A DNA stretch of 64,000 bases from an uncultured Gemmatimonadales bacterium (GTDB lineage Bacteria; Gemmatimonadota; Gemmatimonadetes; Gemmatimonadales; GWC2-71-9). The notes under the pieces were generated by a model. It ran no database searches. It was given only the letters and a program-made list of their open reading frames with translations, and was not told the origin of the DNA. This document shows, in pieces, positions 41,018-51,331 of the stretch. A program made the position numbers and the translations under genes. Location of the stretch: the NCBI GenBank assembly GCA_963810165.1, contig CAWEMG010000017.1, positions 7,229 through 71,228 of the forward strand, written 5' to 3'. Numbering within the stretch: position 1 is the stretch's first letter; the number at the start of each line of letters is the position of its first letter.

Positions 41018-41266
41018 TGCCCTCGTGCCGCATTTCTGCGTGACGTGCGACACGGCAGCCAGGGTCCCGAACGTGTCTCTTAAGGCTCGTCAGGGCGAGT
41101 GGATAGCGCCAGGAAATTACGTGGGTCGCAAGTCACGTGGCAGCGTCCGCCATTCCTTCCGCCATCCCGCTCAAGCCCCTGCACTGCAATCGATACCAGG
41201 TCTGCCACCAGCGGCGGCTCACAACAGAGGTACTGGCGAACCGGTCAGCACAAAAGGAGCAACACG

Positions 41267-41890
41267 ATGACGATGCCAAACACGGAAGCCCGCGCCGGTC
41301 AGCAAGGCGGCGGTCAGGAAGGCGGAGGCAGCGCCCGGGAACAGATCCGTGAGGTGAAGGATCAGGTGGTCACACAGGCCCGCAGCAGTCTGGAGCAGGC
41401 CCGCGACCGAGCCAGCTCGAGTCTGGGAGAGAGCAAGGGCCAGTTTGCCGAGCAGTTCGGCACTATCGCTGAGGCGCTCCGCCGCACTACGGAGCATCTG
41501 CGCTCCGAGGACCAGCAGCGGATCGCGGGAATCACGGACACGGTAGCCCGCCAGGTCGAGCAGGTCGCCGAATACCTTAGAAACAAGGATGCCGCGGCCA
41601 TGAAAACCGATCTGGAGAACCTGGCGCGCCGGCAGCCCGCCATAGTGTTGGGTGGGGCTCTGATTCTCGGCCTGATCGGCGCGCGTTTCCTCAAGAGCTC
41701 GCGGAAGTCCCGTGACGGCTCGCGGCGCTTCGGCGGCGAGCGCCGGTACGGCAACGGCGGATACGATCAGTTCTCCAGTGACCCACAGTTCTCGGGCGGC
41801 TACGATCGCTTTGCTGAGGACACCGAATCACAGTGGCAGACGCCGTCCACGGGTCGCGGCTATCAGGGAGGCGGCTATGCCGGCGCTTAG
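41267..41890 (+). CDS. hypothetical membrane-anchored stress protein
   Basis: AAGGAG 41254-41259, ATG 41267. Gln/Glu/Arg helical region, one TM (AIVLGGALILGLIGARFL), Gly/Tyr-rich tail. Confidence 0.5.
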   Translation: MTMPNTEARAGQQGGGQEGGGSAREQIREVKDQVVTQARSSLEQARDRASSSLGESKGQFAEQFGTIAEALRRTTEHLRSEDQQRIAGITDTVARQVEQVAEYLRNKDAAAMKTDLENLARRQPAIVLGGALILGLIGARFLKSSRKSRDGSRRFGGERRYGNGGYDQFSSDPQFSGGYDRFAEDTESQWQTPSTGRGYQGGGYAGA

Positions 41891-42275
41891 AGAGGATCGG
41901 AGCATCGGCGAGCTGTTTGGCCAGCTTAGCCAGGACATGACGCTCCTGGTCAGGCAAGAGCTGCAGCTCGCGCGGGCGGAGATGAGTGACAAGATCTCCC
42001 GCCTGACGACTAACCTGATCTCGGTGGGGGCGGGTGGTTTCGTCGCCTACCTCGGTGGCTTGGCACTGGTTGCGGCCCTGATCCTGGCCATCCGGGATCT
42101 GGCGAATATTTCCCTCGCGGTCTCGGCGCTGATCGTGGGCGCGGTTCTCGCGATCGCAGGCTACATGATGCTGCAGAAGGGCCTGAAGGAACTGAAGCGG
42201 GTGGACCTCGCCCCCCGCCGAACAGTTGAATCCCTGAAAGACGACGTCCAGTGGGCAAAGGAGCAACGGTCATGA
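41877..42275 (+). CDS. holin-X / DUF1469-family small membrane protein
   Basis: SIGELFGQLSQDMTLLVRQELQLARAEM followed by two TM helices. ATG 41877 overlaps the previous stop. Confidence 0.6.
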   Translation: MPALREDRSIGELFGQLSQDMTLLVRQELQLARAEMSDKISRLTTNLISVGAGGFVAYLGGLALVAALILAIRDLANISLAVSALIVGAVLAIAGYMMLQKGLKELKRVDLAPRRTVESLKDDVQWAKEQRS

Positions 42276-43285
42276 GTGAGTACCAGAGACAGAATCCCGG
42301 GCTCGCTTACGAGCCGACCAATCAGGAATTCGGATCGAGCGCCGAATCACGAGGCGAGAAGAGCCCCGAGGAGATCGAGCGCGAGATTGAGGAGACCCGT
42401 AACCGGATGAGTCAGAATATCGACGAGCTGGGAGACCGGCTCAGCCCTCAGAACCTCAAGCACGAGGCCAAGAGCGCCATCAAGAACGCGGCCTCCGATG
42501 CGGTCTCCAACGTAGGGGAGCAGGCCCGTCGCACCGGCTACCGTCTGGTGGACGTGATTCGCGAAAACCCGCTTCCCGTCATTGCCGTCGGCGCCGGGGT
42601 CACCTGGCTGCTGACGCAGCGTACCAACAGCGACGTCTCGGGAGACCGGATGGCCCGGTACGCCTACACCGGTCCCGATCGGCGCCAGGGCGAAGGCGAG
42701 CTCCGGCATCAAGACATCGGATCGGCGGAGCGGTCAGTGGCATCAAGGAAAAAGTGAGCGAGACGGCCAGCGGGATTGCCGGGCGGGCGAGCGAGCTTGC
42801 CAGCGGCACCCAGGAGCGGGCCGGAGAGATCGGCTGGCAGGCGCGCCGCCAGACCGAGCGGGTCAAGACCAACTTGGAGCACGTGGCGGAAGAAAATCCG
42901 CTCACGATCGCGATCGGCGCCACCATCCTCGGCATGGCCCTCGGTCTGCTGCTTCCCGGCACCGAGCGGGAAAATGAGCTGATGGGACCGGCTCGCGACC
43001 AGTTGGTCGACCGGGCCGAGCGGACTGCGGAGCGGGTGAAGGACGCGGCGGTTGAGGCCGGGCGCGAGGTGAAGGATGCGGTGCAGACTGAGATCACCGA
43101 GCGCACCCGAGGTCAAGCAGGCGGTGCAGGAAGCCGGCATGATGGTGAAGGAGCAGGTGAAGGAGTCGGCCAAGAAGGTGAAGAAAGGAAGCAGGACGCG
43201 ACGAATCGGGCAGAGTCGGCAACCGGAACAGCGACCGACCGCCGGGCTAACAACCCGGCAAGGGACGGGACAAAGGAGACCATGA
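42272..43285 (+). pseudogene. DUF3618-domain protein (at least 2 frame breaks; 3' end uncertain)
   Basis: SPEEIEREIEETRNRMSQNIDELGDRLSP (DUF3618), TM PLPVIAVGAGVTWLL. Continues as GIKEKVSETASGIAGRASE...NPLTIAIGATILGMALGLLLP...APEVKQAVQEAGMMVKEQVKESAKKVKK across three frames. ATGA overlap with the holin-like gene. Confidence 0.55.
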
Positions 43286-43802
43286 GTCTCGACTCACTGG
43301 AGAAACTGTTCCTGGAAGAGCTGAAGGACATCTACAACGCCGAGAAGCAGCTGACCCGGGCGCTCCCGCGGATGGCCAAAGCCGCCGAGTCGCCTGAGCT
43401 GAGGCAGGCCTTCACCAGCCACCTGAAGGAAACCGAGGGCCAGATTCAGCGGCTCGAGCGGGTCTTCCAGGAGCTGGGCCAGGCCGCCCGGGGCAAGAAG
43501 TGCAAGGGCGATGGAAGGGTTGATCGAAGAGGGCAAGGAAATGATGGAGGAGGAGGGCGAGCCCCAGGTGCTGGATGCGGCCCTGATTGGCTGCAGCCCA
43601 GAAGGTGGAGCACTACGAGATCGCCGCGTATGGCTGTCTTCGCACCTATGCCGAGCTCCTCGGCTACTCCGAGGCCGCGCAGCTGCTGCGGCAGAACCTC
43701 AGGAAGAGGAAGCGGCCGACAAGAAGCTGAACCGTTGGCCGAGGGTGGCATCAACGAGCGGCGGCAATGGCCGGCGCAGGACAGGACGAAGAGGACGAAT
43801 AG
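43282..43802 (+). pseudogene. YciE/DUF892 ferritin-like protein (at least 4 frame breaks in 0.5 kb)
   Basis: AAGGAG 43273-43278, ATG 43282. MSLDSLEKLFLEELKDIYNAEKQLTRALPRMAKAA...HLKETEGQIQRLE. Then [37 protein letters not shown] and [11 protein letters not shown] each lie in different frames. Confidence 0.6.
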
Positions 43803-43824
43803 CGAACGCTGCAGCCTGCAAACA

Positions 43825-43860
43825 AAGAAGCCCGGGAGCGCTCCCGGGCTTCTTGTTTTG
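43825..43860. terminator. bidirectional rho-independent terminator
   Basis: 13-bp stem AAGAAGCCCGGGA / TCCCGGGCTTCTT with loop GCGC. Flanked by A-rich 5' and GTTTTGTG 3' sequence, between convergent genes. Confidence 0.65.
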
Positions 43861-43897
43861 TGTCGCTTCAAACTACCGCGCCTTGCTGCTTCCTTCG

Positions 43898-46528
43898 TCA
43901 GCGGACTCTTCGTCCTCCTCGGACGAGTGCTGCCACCGCGGTCTTGAGGTCGCAGGCGAGGTCGCGTTCCCGCCGCAGCGCGCCGATCAGCGCCTCGGCC
44001 TGCTTCATCTGGAAGCTGAGCGCGCCGGCAGACTCCATCGCGTGATCGACCACCGTCTTCTGGGCGGTCAACGACTCCACGGTGGCGCGGATGCCGAGGG
44101 CAAGCGCTTCGGCGCGAGCCAGGCGCTGTTCGGCCCGCTCCAGCTGACGCTTCCGGGACTCGAACCCCTTGAGCGTCTCCTCGGTGGTCTTGAACTGATC
44201 CTGGGTCGCCTGCAGCATCGTCCGGGTCTCCTCGATCTCGCGCCGCGCCGACCCGATGCTCTGGACGTCTTCGACGGTGCGCTCGGCCAGATCGAACACG
44301 TGCTTCACCTGCGCCTCGATCGCTTCCACGCCGGCCTGGCGGGCCAGGGTCTGCTCCAGCGCCTTCGCGGCCTGGGCCTGCGCCGACTCCCACTTCGCGA
44401 GCAGCTCCTCGAAGTGCGCCAGCTGGCGGTCGATGTACTTGAGGGCCGCCGCACGCGTTTCCAGCTCCGACGAGACCTGCTGCAGGGTCCCGGCGCGTTC
44501 CTCGGCGTGCGCCAGGGTGGTGCCGACGACGCGGGTGACTTCCTCCATCCGCTGGGCGGCTTCCGCGGCTTCCTTCCGGAGGGCCGACGCACGGGTCAGA
44601 TGCTCGGTCGCCTTGTCGAGGGCGCCCTGCCGCTGGTCGAGCTCCTGGCCCAGGAGGCGGATCTTCTCTTCCACCTGGTTGATCTGCTGGGTCCGGCTTT
44701 CCATGGCCCGGACCGAGTCGTCCACCAGACCCATCCGGCGCTCCGCCTCTTCGACTGACGAGGTGACCACCGAGATCGTATCGCCGAGACGCTGGGCGCC
44801 TTCGGCCTGACGGCTGAGCTGGGCGAAGCGGGTTTCGGCCGCCTCCATCCGGGTCTTGAGGCCCTCGGTGCGGTCCTGCAGCTCGGCGCTCATCGAGCCG
44901 ATCTCGCCCAGGGTGCGCTGGACGTTCTGCACCATCTCACTCTGAGAATGGATCTGCACCATCGAACCCTTGACCTGCTCGACCTCGACGCGGATCCGTT
45001 CCACCATCGGCTCCAGACCGCTCAGCTCCTTCACCTGGGTTTGGACCTTACGGGTCCACACGTCGGCGTTGGCGAGCCAGGCCTGCGTCTCGCCATGGGT
45101 CTCCCGGAGACGGCTCATCTCCTCCGACGCGGAGCGCATCTGCTCCAGACCGTCGGCCAGCAGCTCGCGGGTGCCCTTGAGCGCGGCCAGCTGCTCGACG
45201 GCCTGCTCGACGCCCGGCCTGATCTCATCCAGCCGCCGCATCCGGGCGGCCAGGTCGGTTGCCATGTTGTCCAGCCGGGAGACGTCCTGCCGCAGTGAGC
45301 TCGACCGGGCCGCTTCCTGGGCCAGCGCGGTGACTTCCTTGGAGAGATCGGCGATCTGCTCGCCCACGTTCCGGACCTGGGTCTGGACCGCCGCGGTGCC
45401 CTGGCTGGCGGCGTCCAGCACGGCGAGACGAGCCTCGCACTCCTTCACCGCGTTGCGCAGATCGGCGATGCGCTCGCTGACCGCGTGCAGACCACGATGC
45501 TCCAGCTCGAAGCCCTCGCTGCTCTTCCGCATCTGCTCGCGCAGGTCGGTGAGCGCCTGGCGGGCGGACTGCTGGGCATCCTCGATCTTCTGCGAGGTGC
45601 CCTGAAGCTCCTCGGTACGGGACAACACCTTGTCCTGAATCGTCTTCACTTCGCTCAGCTTGGCTTCGATCGGACCAAAGCGGCGGATCTGCTCTTCCTG
45701 CCGGCGGAGCCAGGCATCCAGCTCGCGGTCCATACGGGTAAGCTGGGCGATCTGGCTGGCGGCGCGGTCGATGGCCTCGCGCTCCTGCTCCAGCATCGTG
45801 GTCTTCTGGGCGACCTGATCGGCCAGCGCCTTCAGCACGGCCAGCTGGTGCTGAACGTCAGGGATCGAGGTGGAGGCCTGATTGATCGGCTCCAGCGCCC
45901 GCTCGACCGACTGAACTCTCCGGACCATATCCTCCAGCTTGCCGGTGGCGGCCTGGAAGTCCTGATCGAAGTTCTCCAGCCGGGATGTCGTATGACGGTG
46001 GGCGGTGAGGGCGTCGTCGTGCTGGGTCCGCATCCGGGCAACGTTCTCGGCCTGCTCGGAGAGCTGGGTCCGGAGGGTTTCGGAATCGGTCCGGAGCGAG
46101 TTGAGGGGACCCTGCAGGCTGAGGAACGAATCCACCTGCTCGCGCAGCAGCAGCGCGGTCTCGACCTTGTCGCTCAGCCCGGCCATCTGGGTCTGGAGCC
46201 GCTCCACGCCTTCGCTGGCATGGCCGAGCCGGACCTCGGTGGCAGTCTGGGTCTTGATGACTCGCTCGACCTGCTCCTCCGCCATACTCAGCTGACTGCC
46301 GAGCCTCTCGAGCCCGGCGACTTGGCGCTCGACTTCTTCGCAGCGTTCCCGAAGTGCGTCGAACTCAGCCGCACGCTCCAGGATGGGAGCGAGCGACCTC
46401 AGGTCGTTCGCGGCGGCTTCGGCGCGGGCGACCAGCGCCTCCAGCGCGGCGGCAACATTTCGTCCGCTCGAATCGACGGCGACCACCGAGTCGTCATCGC
46501 GGCGGCGACCTTTCAGGAAGCTGACCAT
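43898..46528 (-). CDS. 876-aa coiled-coil protein, unknown function
   Basis: Uninterrupted ORF. Almost entirely heptad-like E/A/R/Q/L-rich helix. No P-loop, TM or signal peptide visible. Confidence 0.8.
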   Translation of the reverse strand: MVSFLKGRRRDDDSVVAVDSSGRNVAAALEALVARAEAAANDLRSLAPILERAAEFDALRERCEEVERQVAGLERLGSQLSMAEEQVERVIKTQTATEVRLGHASEGVERLQTQMAGLSDKVETALLLREQVDSFLSLQGPLNSLRTDSETLRTQLSEQAENVARMRTQHDDALTAHRHTTSRLENFDQDFQAATGKLEDMVRRVQSVERALEPINQASTSIPDVQHQLAVLKALADQVAQKTTMLEQEREAIDRAASQIAQLTRMDRELDAWLRRQEEQIRRFGPIEAKLSEVKTIQDKVLSRTEELQGTSQKIEDAQQSARQALTDLREQMRKSSEGFELEHRGLHAVSERIADLRNAVKECEARLAVLDAASQGTAAVQTQVRNVGEQIADLSKEVTALAQEAARSSSLRQDVSRLDNMATDLAARMRRLDEIRPGVEQAVEQLAALKGTRELLADGLEQMRSASEEMSRLRETHGETQAWLANADVWTRKVQTQVKELSGLEPMVERIRVEVEQVKGSMVQIHSQSEMVQNVQRTLGEIGSMSAELQDRTEGLKTRMEAAETRFAQLSRQAEGAQRLGDTISVVTSSVEEAERRMGLVDDSVRAMESRTQQINQVEEKIRLLGQELDQRQGALDKATEHLTRASALRKEAAEAAQRMEEVTRVVGTTLAHAEERAGTLQQVSSELETRAAALKYIDRQLAHFEELLAKWESAQAQAAKALEQTLARQAGVEAIEAQVKHVFDLAERTVEDVQSIGSARREIEETRTMLQATQDQFKTTEETLKGFESRKRQLERAEQRLARAEALALGIRATVESLTAQKTVVDHAMESAGALSFQMKQAEALIGALRRERDLACDLKTAVAALVRGGRRVR

Positions 46529-46855
46529 TAGTTACTCCGGAAATGCGCGCGGGATCGGTCGGACCATCGGGGCCGGAACTCAGGCGATCTCGGATCCCGC
46601 GCGTGGTGAAGATTGTGGCATGAAGGCGGACGGCGCCCTAACTGCAACGCGTGTGCCCCGACGCTGATCGTGCGGGCCGCGGCCGGACCGGAGCTGGTAG
46701 AACGCAAATCACTACAGGCGAGCGAGATTGGCGAACGAGGCGTCGGGACGGAATCGGGATCCGCACGGAGACTGTGAGCGGGTTCGGCTGGCGAGGTGCG
46801 AGGCGACCGGGCAGGTCGCAGGTTTTCGTGACCGCGGCCTCTCAGACCCGAGGCG

Positions 46856-48352
46856 TCACGGACCGGCCGGATCCAGGTTGTACTTCCGCCTGATCGGAGC
46901 GTCGCCGGTCACGACGATGGTCTCGACCTTCGTCAGATAGCCTTCCTGCTCCAGCCGAAGCCGATGGCGGCCCGGCGGCACTGGAAAGTCGGTCACCGGC
47001 GTCGGCCCGATCTCCCGATCATCCAGATACAGCATTCCCCAGGGCTCGGAGTCAACCGTCAGGTTCACGGGAGCCTTCTTCGCCGGCTTCTTGGGAGCCA
47101 TCGCCACGCTGTCGGCCGACGCCGGTATGGAAATGTCACGGCGGGCACATCGGCACGATCGGTTGCAGTGCCGGCTTCATGATAGGCGCCGGTCCGGCCG
47201 GCTCAGGCCGAGCATCCTGGTCCCACAGCCTTGCCCCGGCGGCGCCACCGAACAGCGCGCAGAGGCCGACGGCGATGAGTCTACGCCGAACCGCGGGCCA
47301 ACGCTGCGGCAGAGGCGCGAGTGCGGGCGCGGTCGATAGCCGCTGTAAGCGGCTTTACCGGCGCGCTCACCAGCGTCGCGGGCCCCCGGCGCTCGCCACC
47401 CACCGCGCTGGCGAAATCTTCCATGGTCGCGAAGCGCTGCTCCGGTTCCTTGGACAGGGCCCGCTCCAGCGCGGAGACCAGGTCCCGCGGAACGTCGGGC
47501 CGCAGTTCGAGCACCGGCGGAGGCGGCTCGAAGACGTGCTTGTACAGGATGCTGTGGGCGGAGCCGTCGAAGGGCTGCTTCCCGGTGAGAATCTGGTGGC
47601 CGACGACGGCGAGAGAATACTGATCGGCCCTGCCATCGACCTCGAGGCCCTTTGGCCTGCTCCGGAGCCATGTAGTGCGGGCGTGCCGATGATGGTGCCG
47701 GTTCCGGTCAGCTGCGAGGCTCCCTGCACCGCCTTCGAGATGCCGAAGTCGGTCAGGACCACTCGGCCGTCCTCCTCCATCATGATGTTGGCCGGCTTCA
47801 CGTCCCGGTGAACCACGCGGCGCCGGTGGGCGTGGCCCAGCGCCAGCGCCGCCTCGCGCAGCACCCGCCGGGCCTGTTCGATCGGAATCGGGCCCTCTTC
47901 CAGCATCTGCTCCAGCGACCGGCCGGTGACGTACTTCATGACGAAGTAGTCGAGCCCGGCCTCGCTCTCGACCCGGTAGATCGGAATGATGTTCGGGATG
48001 ATCCAGCTTGGCCGCGGTCTTGGCCTCCTGCTGGAACCTGCGGGATCAGCTTGGGATCGTGAGACAGCTCCGGTGGCAGCACCTTGATGGCCACCTGCCG
48101 CTCGAGGGTGAGGTCCTGCGCCAGGAACACGACCGCCATGCCGCCACGGCCGAGCAGCCGCGTGATCTCGTATCGGCCGGCGAGCGTCCGCGCCAGCCGC
48201 TGTCTCAGCTCGTTGGTTGGATCAGGCGGGCAGACGTGGTCGAATTCCCCCGAGGGGGTTCCGCAGTTGGAACAGAACCGGCCATCCACCGGCAGCGGCG
48301 TGTGGCATCTATGGCATTCACTCACTGGAAAACCACAGGGCTGGTATGGCAC
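46856..48352 (-). pseudogene. zinc-ribbon / Ser-Thr kinase / TM / PEGA protein, copy 1 (about 6 frame breaks)
   Basis: [84 protein letters not shown] domain LTVDSEPWGMLYLDDREIGPTP...GRHRLRLEQEGY. Confidence 0.8.
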
Positions 48353-48517
48353 GTTCCCCGCCTCTCATGGGTTGCTCTCGTAAAACCCGGCACCTTCGGG
48401 CGGACTCCGCGAGCGGAGCGTCCGAACGGACCGGCGAGTTTTGCCGAATGTGTGTATGTGGAGCGGAGTTTACACGTAACTGAGTAAGCCGAACGAGCAA
48501 GGGCTGTGCCCCCCGGC

Positions 48518-49988
48518 TCAGCGGCTGGCTGAGCGGATGTAGCTTGTACCTGCGGGTGATCGGAGACGTGCCCTTGACCACGATGCTTCTCGCCTGGGGA
48601 GCGGTAGCCGGCCCGTACGAGTCGGAGGCGTGGGTGCCCGGCGGAAGCCGGTGATTCGAGAATCGGCGTCCGTCCAATCTCGACGCCATCCAACGACACC
48701 ACCGCCCTCGGATCGGAATCCACTTTCAGCCGGGCGTAACGTCACCGCTCTCAGCTTGGCGCCGGCATGTCTTCCGCTGCGGTGGCGCCGGGCTGGTCAC
48801 CGGCGGGTGTCTGCCGTCGGACCGCTTTGGGAGCGGCCGAGGGCCTGGTGCGCGGTACTTCGAGCCACCGACCGGGGACCACCGGACGGTCTGCCGGTTT
48901 GCGCTCGGTGAGGGTCAGAAGGGTGGGCAGACTGACCCAGGCGACGAGCGCCAGCACCACGACGGTGGCCAGCGCGACGAAAACGCCCGCGCTTCGGTCG
49001 GCCGCGCTGCCGCATGTCCGACGACGAGTCTTCGGGGCGGCGGACCGGCGCGCTCACCGCGGTGGTCGGACCCGAGCACTTCCACTGCGATGGCGGAGGC
49101 AAACTCCTCCATCGTACGCGAACCGCGAGCTGGCTCCTTGGCGAGGGCCCGGTCGAGAGCCCTTCTCAAGTCCGGCGGCGTGTCGGGCCGGCGGTCGATG
49201 CAGCGACGGGTGGAGACTCGAACACCTGCTGATACAGGATCGCCTGAGCATCACCATCGAAGGGCGGCTTTCCGGTAAGCACCCGGTGACCGACGATGGC
49301 CAGGGCATACTGGTCGGTCCTCCCATCCACTTCGCGGCCTCGAGCCTGTTCCGGCGCCATGTAGTGCGGCGTGCCCAGGATCGCCCCGGTCCCGGTGTGC
49401 TCTCCGCTCTGTACCGCCTTGGAGATGCCGAAGTCGGTGAGGATGACCCGGCCGTCGTCATCAACCATGATGTTGGCCGGCTTAACGTCGCGGTGAACTA
49501 CGCGTCTCCTATGGGCGTGACCCAGAGCCAGCGCCGCCTCGCGCAGGATGTGACGAACCCGGTCGATGGGAAGAGGTCCCCGGGAGGCCAGCTCTTCGAG
49601 CGACTGACCCGAGACGTACTTCATCACGATATACGCCAGGCCGCCTTCGCTCTCGACCCGATAGATCGGAATGATGTTGGGATGATCCAGCTTGGCCGCG
49701 GTCTTTGCTTCCTGCTGGAATCGGCGAATCAGCTGCGGGTCCTGGTTCAGCTCCGGCGGGAGAACCTTGATTGCCACCTCCCGTTCCAGCACCAGGTCCC
49801 GGGCCAGGAAGACCGACCGCCATACCGCCCCGGCCCAGCAGCCGGATGATCTCGTAGCGACCTTCGAGCGTGCGGGCCAGCCGCTCCCTCAGGCTTCCAC
49901 TCGAACCCGTCTTCAGCCTGAGCGACATCGCACTGGAGCAGTTGCCACTGGCGGGAAGTGGAGTATGGCACTTGGCGCAGTCGCTCAA
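48518..49988 (-). pseudogene. zinc-ribbon / Ser-Thr kinase / TM / PEGA protein, copy 2 (at least 4 frame breaks; both ends uncertain)
   Basis: DCAKCHTPLP, GRGGMAV, EVAIKVL, HRDVKPANIM, DFGISK, GTPHYMAPEQARG, TM VFVALATVVVLALVAWV. PEGA domain VDSDPRAVVSLDGVEIGRTP...HPRLRLVRAGY. Candidate TTG 49988. Confidence 0.75.
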
Positions 49989-50244
49989 CGCAATCCCCTG
50001 GGTACGAGGAAGACTGGTAAATCCCGGCAGCTCTGGCGGACTCCGCGAGTGGAGCGCTGGCCGAGCCGACGAGGTTTGCCGAATGTCGTGTTCTGAGGCG
50101 GGTTTAACCCAAGCCGATGCGCCAGCTTCGGGCAAGGGCTGTGCCCGCGAGCGACCCGGTTTCGTGAGCCAACCCACAGCAACGGAAGCTCCACAAGGGC
50201 TAAACACATCGGAAAGTTCACGCCCCCAGGGGCCTGGAGGAACG

Positions 50245-51331
50245 ATGACAAAGCATTTTCGCATGCTTGCGGGTATGGCTTGGCTTCAGCCTGTTCGCCC
50301 GGCACCGAGGAACGGCGCGCTCCCGCGACCGACGACAACCTGACCCGCCCTCTCGAGGTGGCCCGGGTGGATACCACCCAGCCGATCGCACCGGTGGAGC
50401 ATCAGGTCACTCCGCCCGGCCACAGCCCAAGGCCAAAACCCAGCCGCCCCGGAAGGCGAGACGCTCGCCTGCGAAGCCGGCGCCGGTGGCCGCCGCAGAA
50501 TCGGCCCCCAGCAGCACCGAGGACACTGCGCACGGTTCAGGGATATGCGCCCGCCCCCCTGCCTGACTCGGTGCGCCGACAACGGATGACGCGTCTGACA
50601 CGCAGCCGGGCGACTCGATACTGCGGCGACGACCGGCTGAGCAGGATACCAGGCCGATACGGTTGCCGCAGCCATCGATTCCGCCGCTCGTGCTGCGCTG
50701 GCAGATACAACCGTTCCTGTTCCCGACACGGCGGCGAGTCGGGCGGCTCCCACGAGCACCGCTCCTGTGCTCGTCACTTCGTCCATCGGCTGCCTCAACC
50801 GCGGCCGCTCGCACCCTGCCGATCGGGACCGAGATCCACGCGGCGCTGGATGATTCGATCAACTCCCGCAGCGATACCGTCGGCCGGGCCGTCACCGCGG
50901 TCGTCATGGAGAACGTGACTGGATCGGATGGGAAGACGCTGATCGCCGCCGGCGCCCCGGTCCATTTCACGGTGACCAGGCTCAGTCCGGCCCGGAGCAA
51001 GAGCGCTCAGGGACGGCTCCGGCTTCAGGTCGAGGGCATCGGGGTAGGTGGTGAGATCCGGAAGATCAGCGCCGACGTGCAGCCAGTGCCCCACGAACTT
51101 CGGGGCCGGGGCGTCACCGCCGGCGACGCCGCCAAGGTCGGCGTGGGTGCAGCGGGCGGCGCCGTCTTCGGGAAGGTGATCGGCAAGGACACCAAGGGTG
51201 CGGTGATCGGCGGCGTCATCGGAGCCGCGGGCGGAGCCGTGGTGGCATCGCAGACGGCGACGCGCGACGTGGTCGTAAAGGCCAAGACCCCGGTGGTACT
51301 GGTGCTGACGCAGCCGCTGGTGGCGCAGTAG
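50245..51331 (+). pseudogene. lipoprotein with Ala/Pro-rich linker and C-terminal glycine-zipper domain (at least 3 frame breaks)
   Basis: GGAGG 50236-50240, ATG 50245. MTKHFRMLAGMA|LASAC lipobox. C-terminal GVGAAGGAVFGKVIGKDTKGAVIGGVIGAAGGAVV. Confidence 0.5.

Noticed and set aside
41877-42275. Holin-family gene as a sign of a prophage lysis cassette
   Set aside because: No endolysin, terminase, capsid or integrase genes nearby. The context is a stress-protein operon.
43511-46531. Two long plus-strand ORFs (43511..44758, 45485..46531)
   Set aside because: Antisense to the 876-aa coiled-coil gene. The Leu/Gly/Arg-rich translation mirrors the E/A/Q/L codons of the real gene. Only the first about 30 codons of 43511.. 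(MEGLIEEGKEMM) are real, as a fragment of the yciE-like gene.
46790-46835. Stem (GCGACC..GGTCGC) followed by GGTTTTCG on the plus strand, as a terminator or sRNA 3' end in the 327-nt gap upstream of the coiled-coil gene
   Set aside because: The stem is weak (6 bp) and there is no plus-strand gene or promoter evidence upstream. This cannot be supported from sequence alone.
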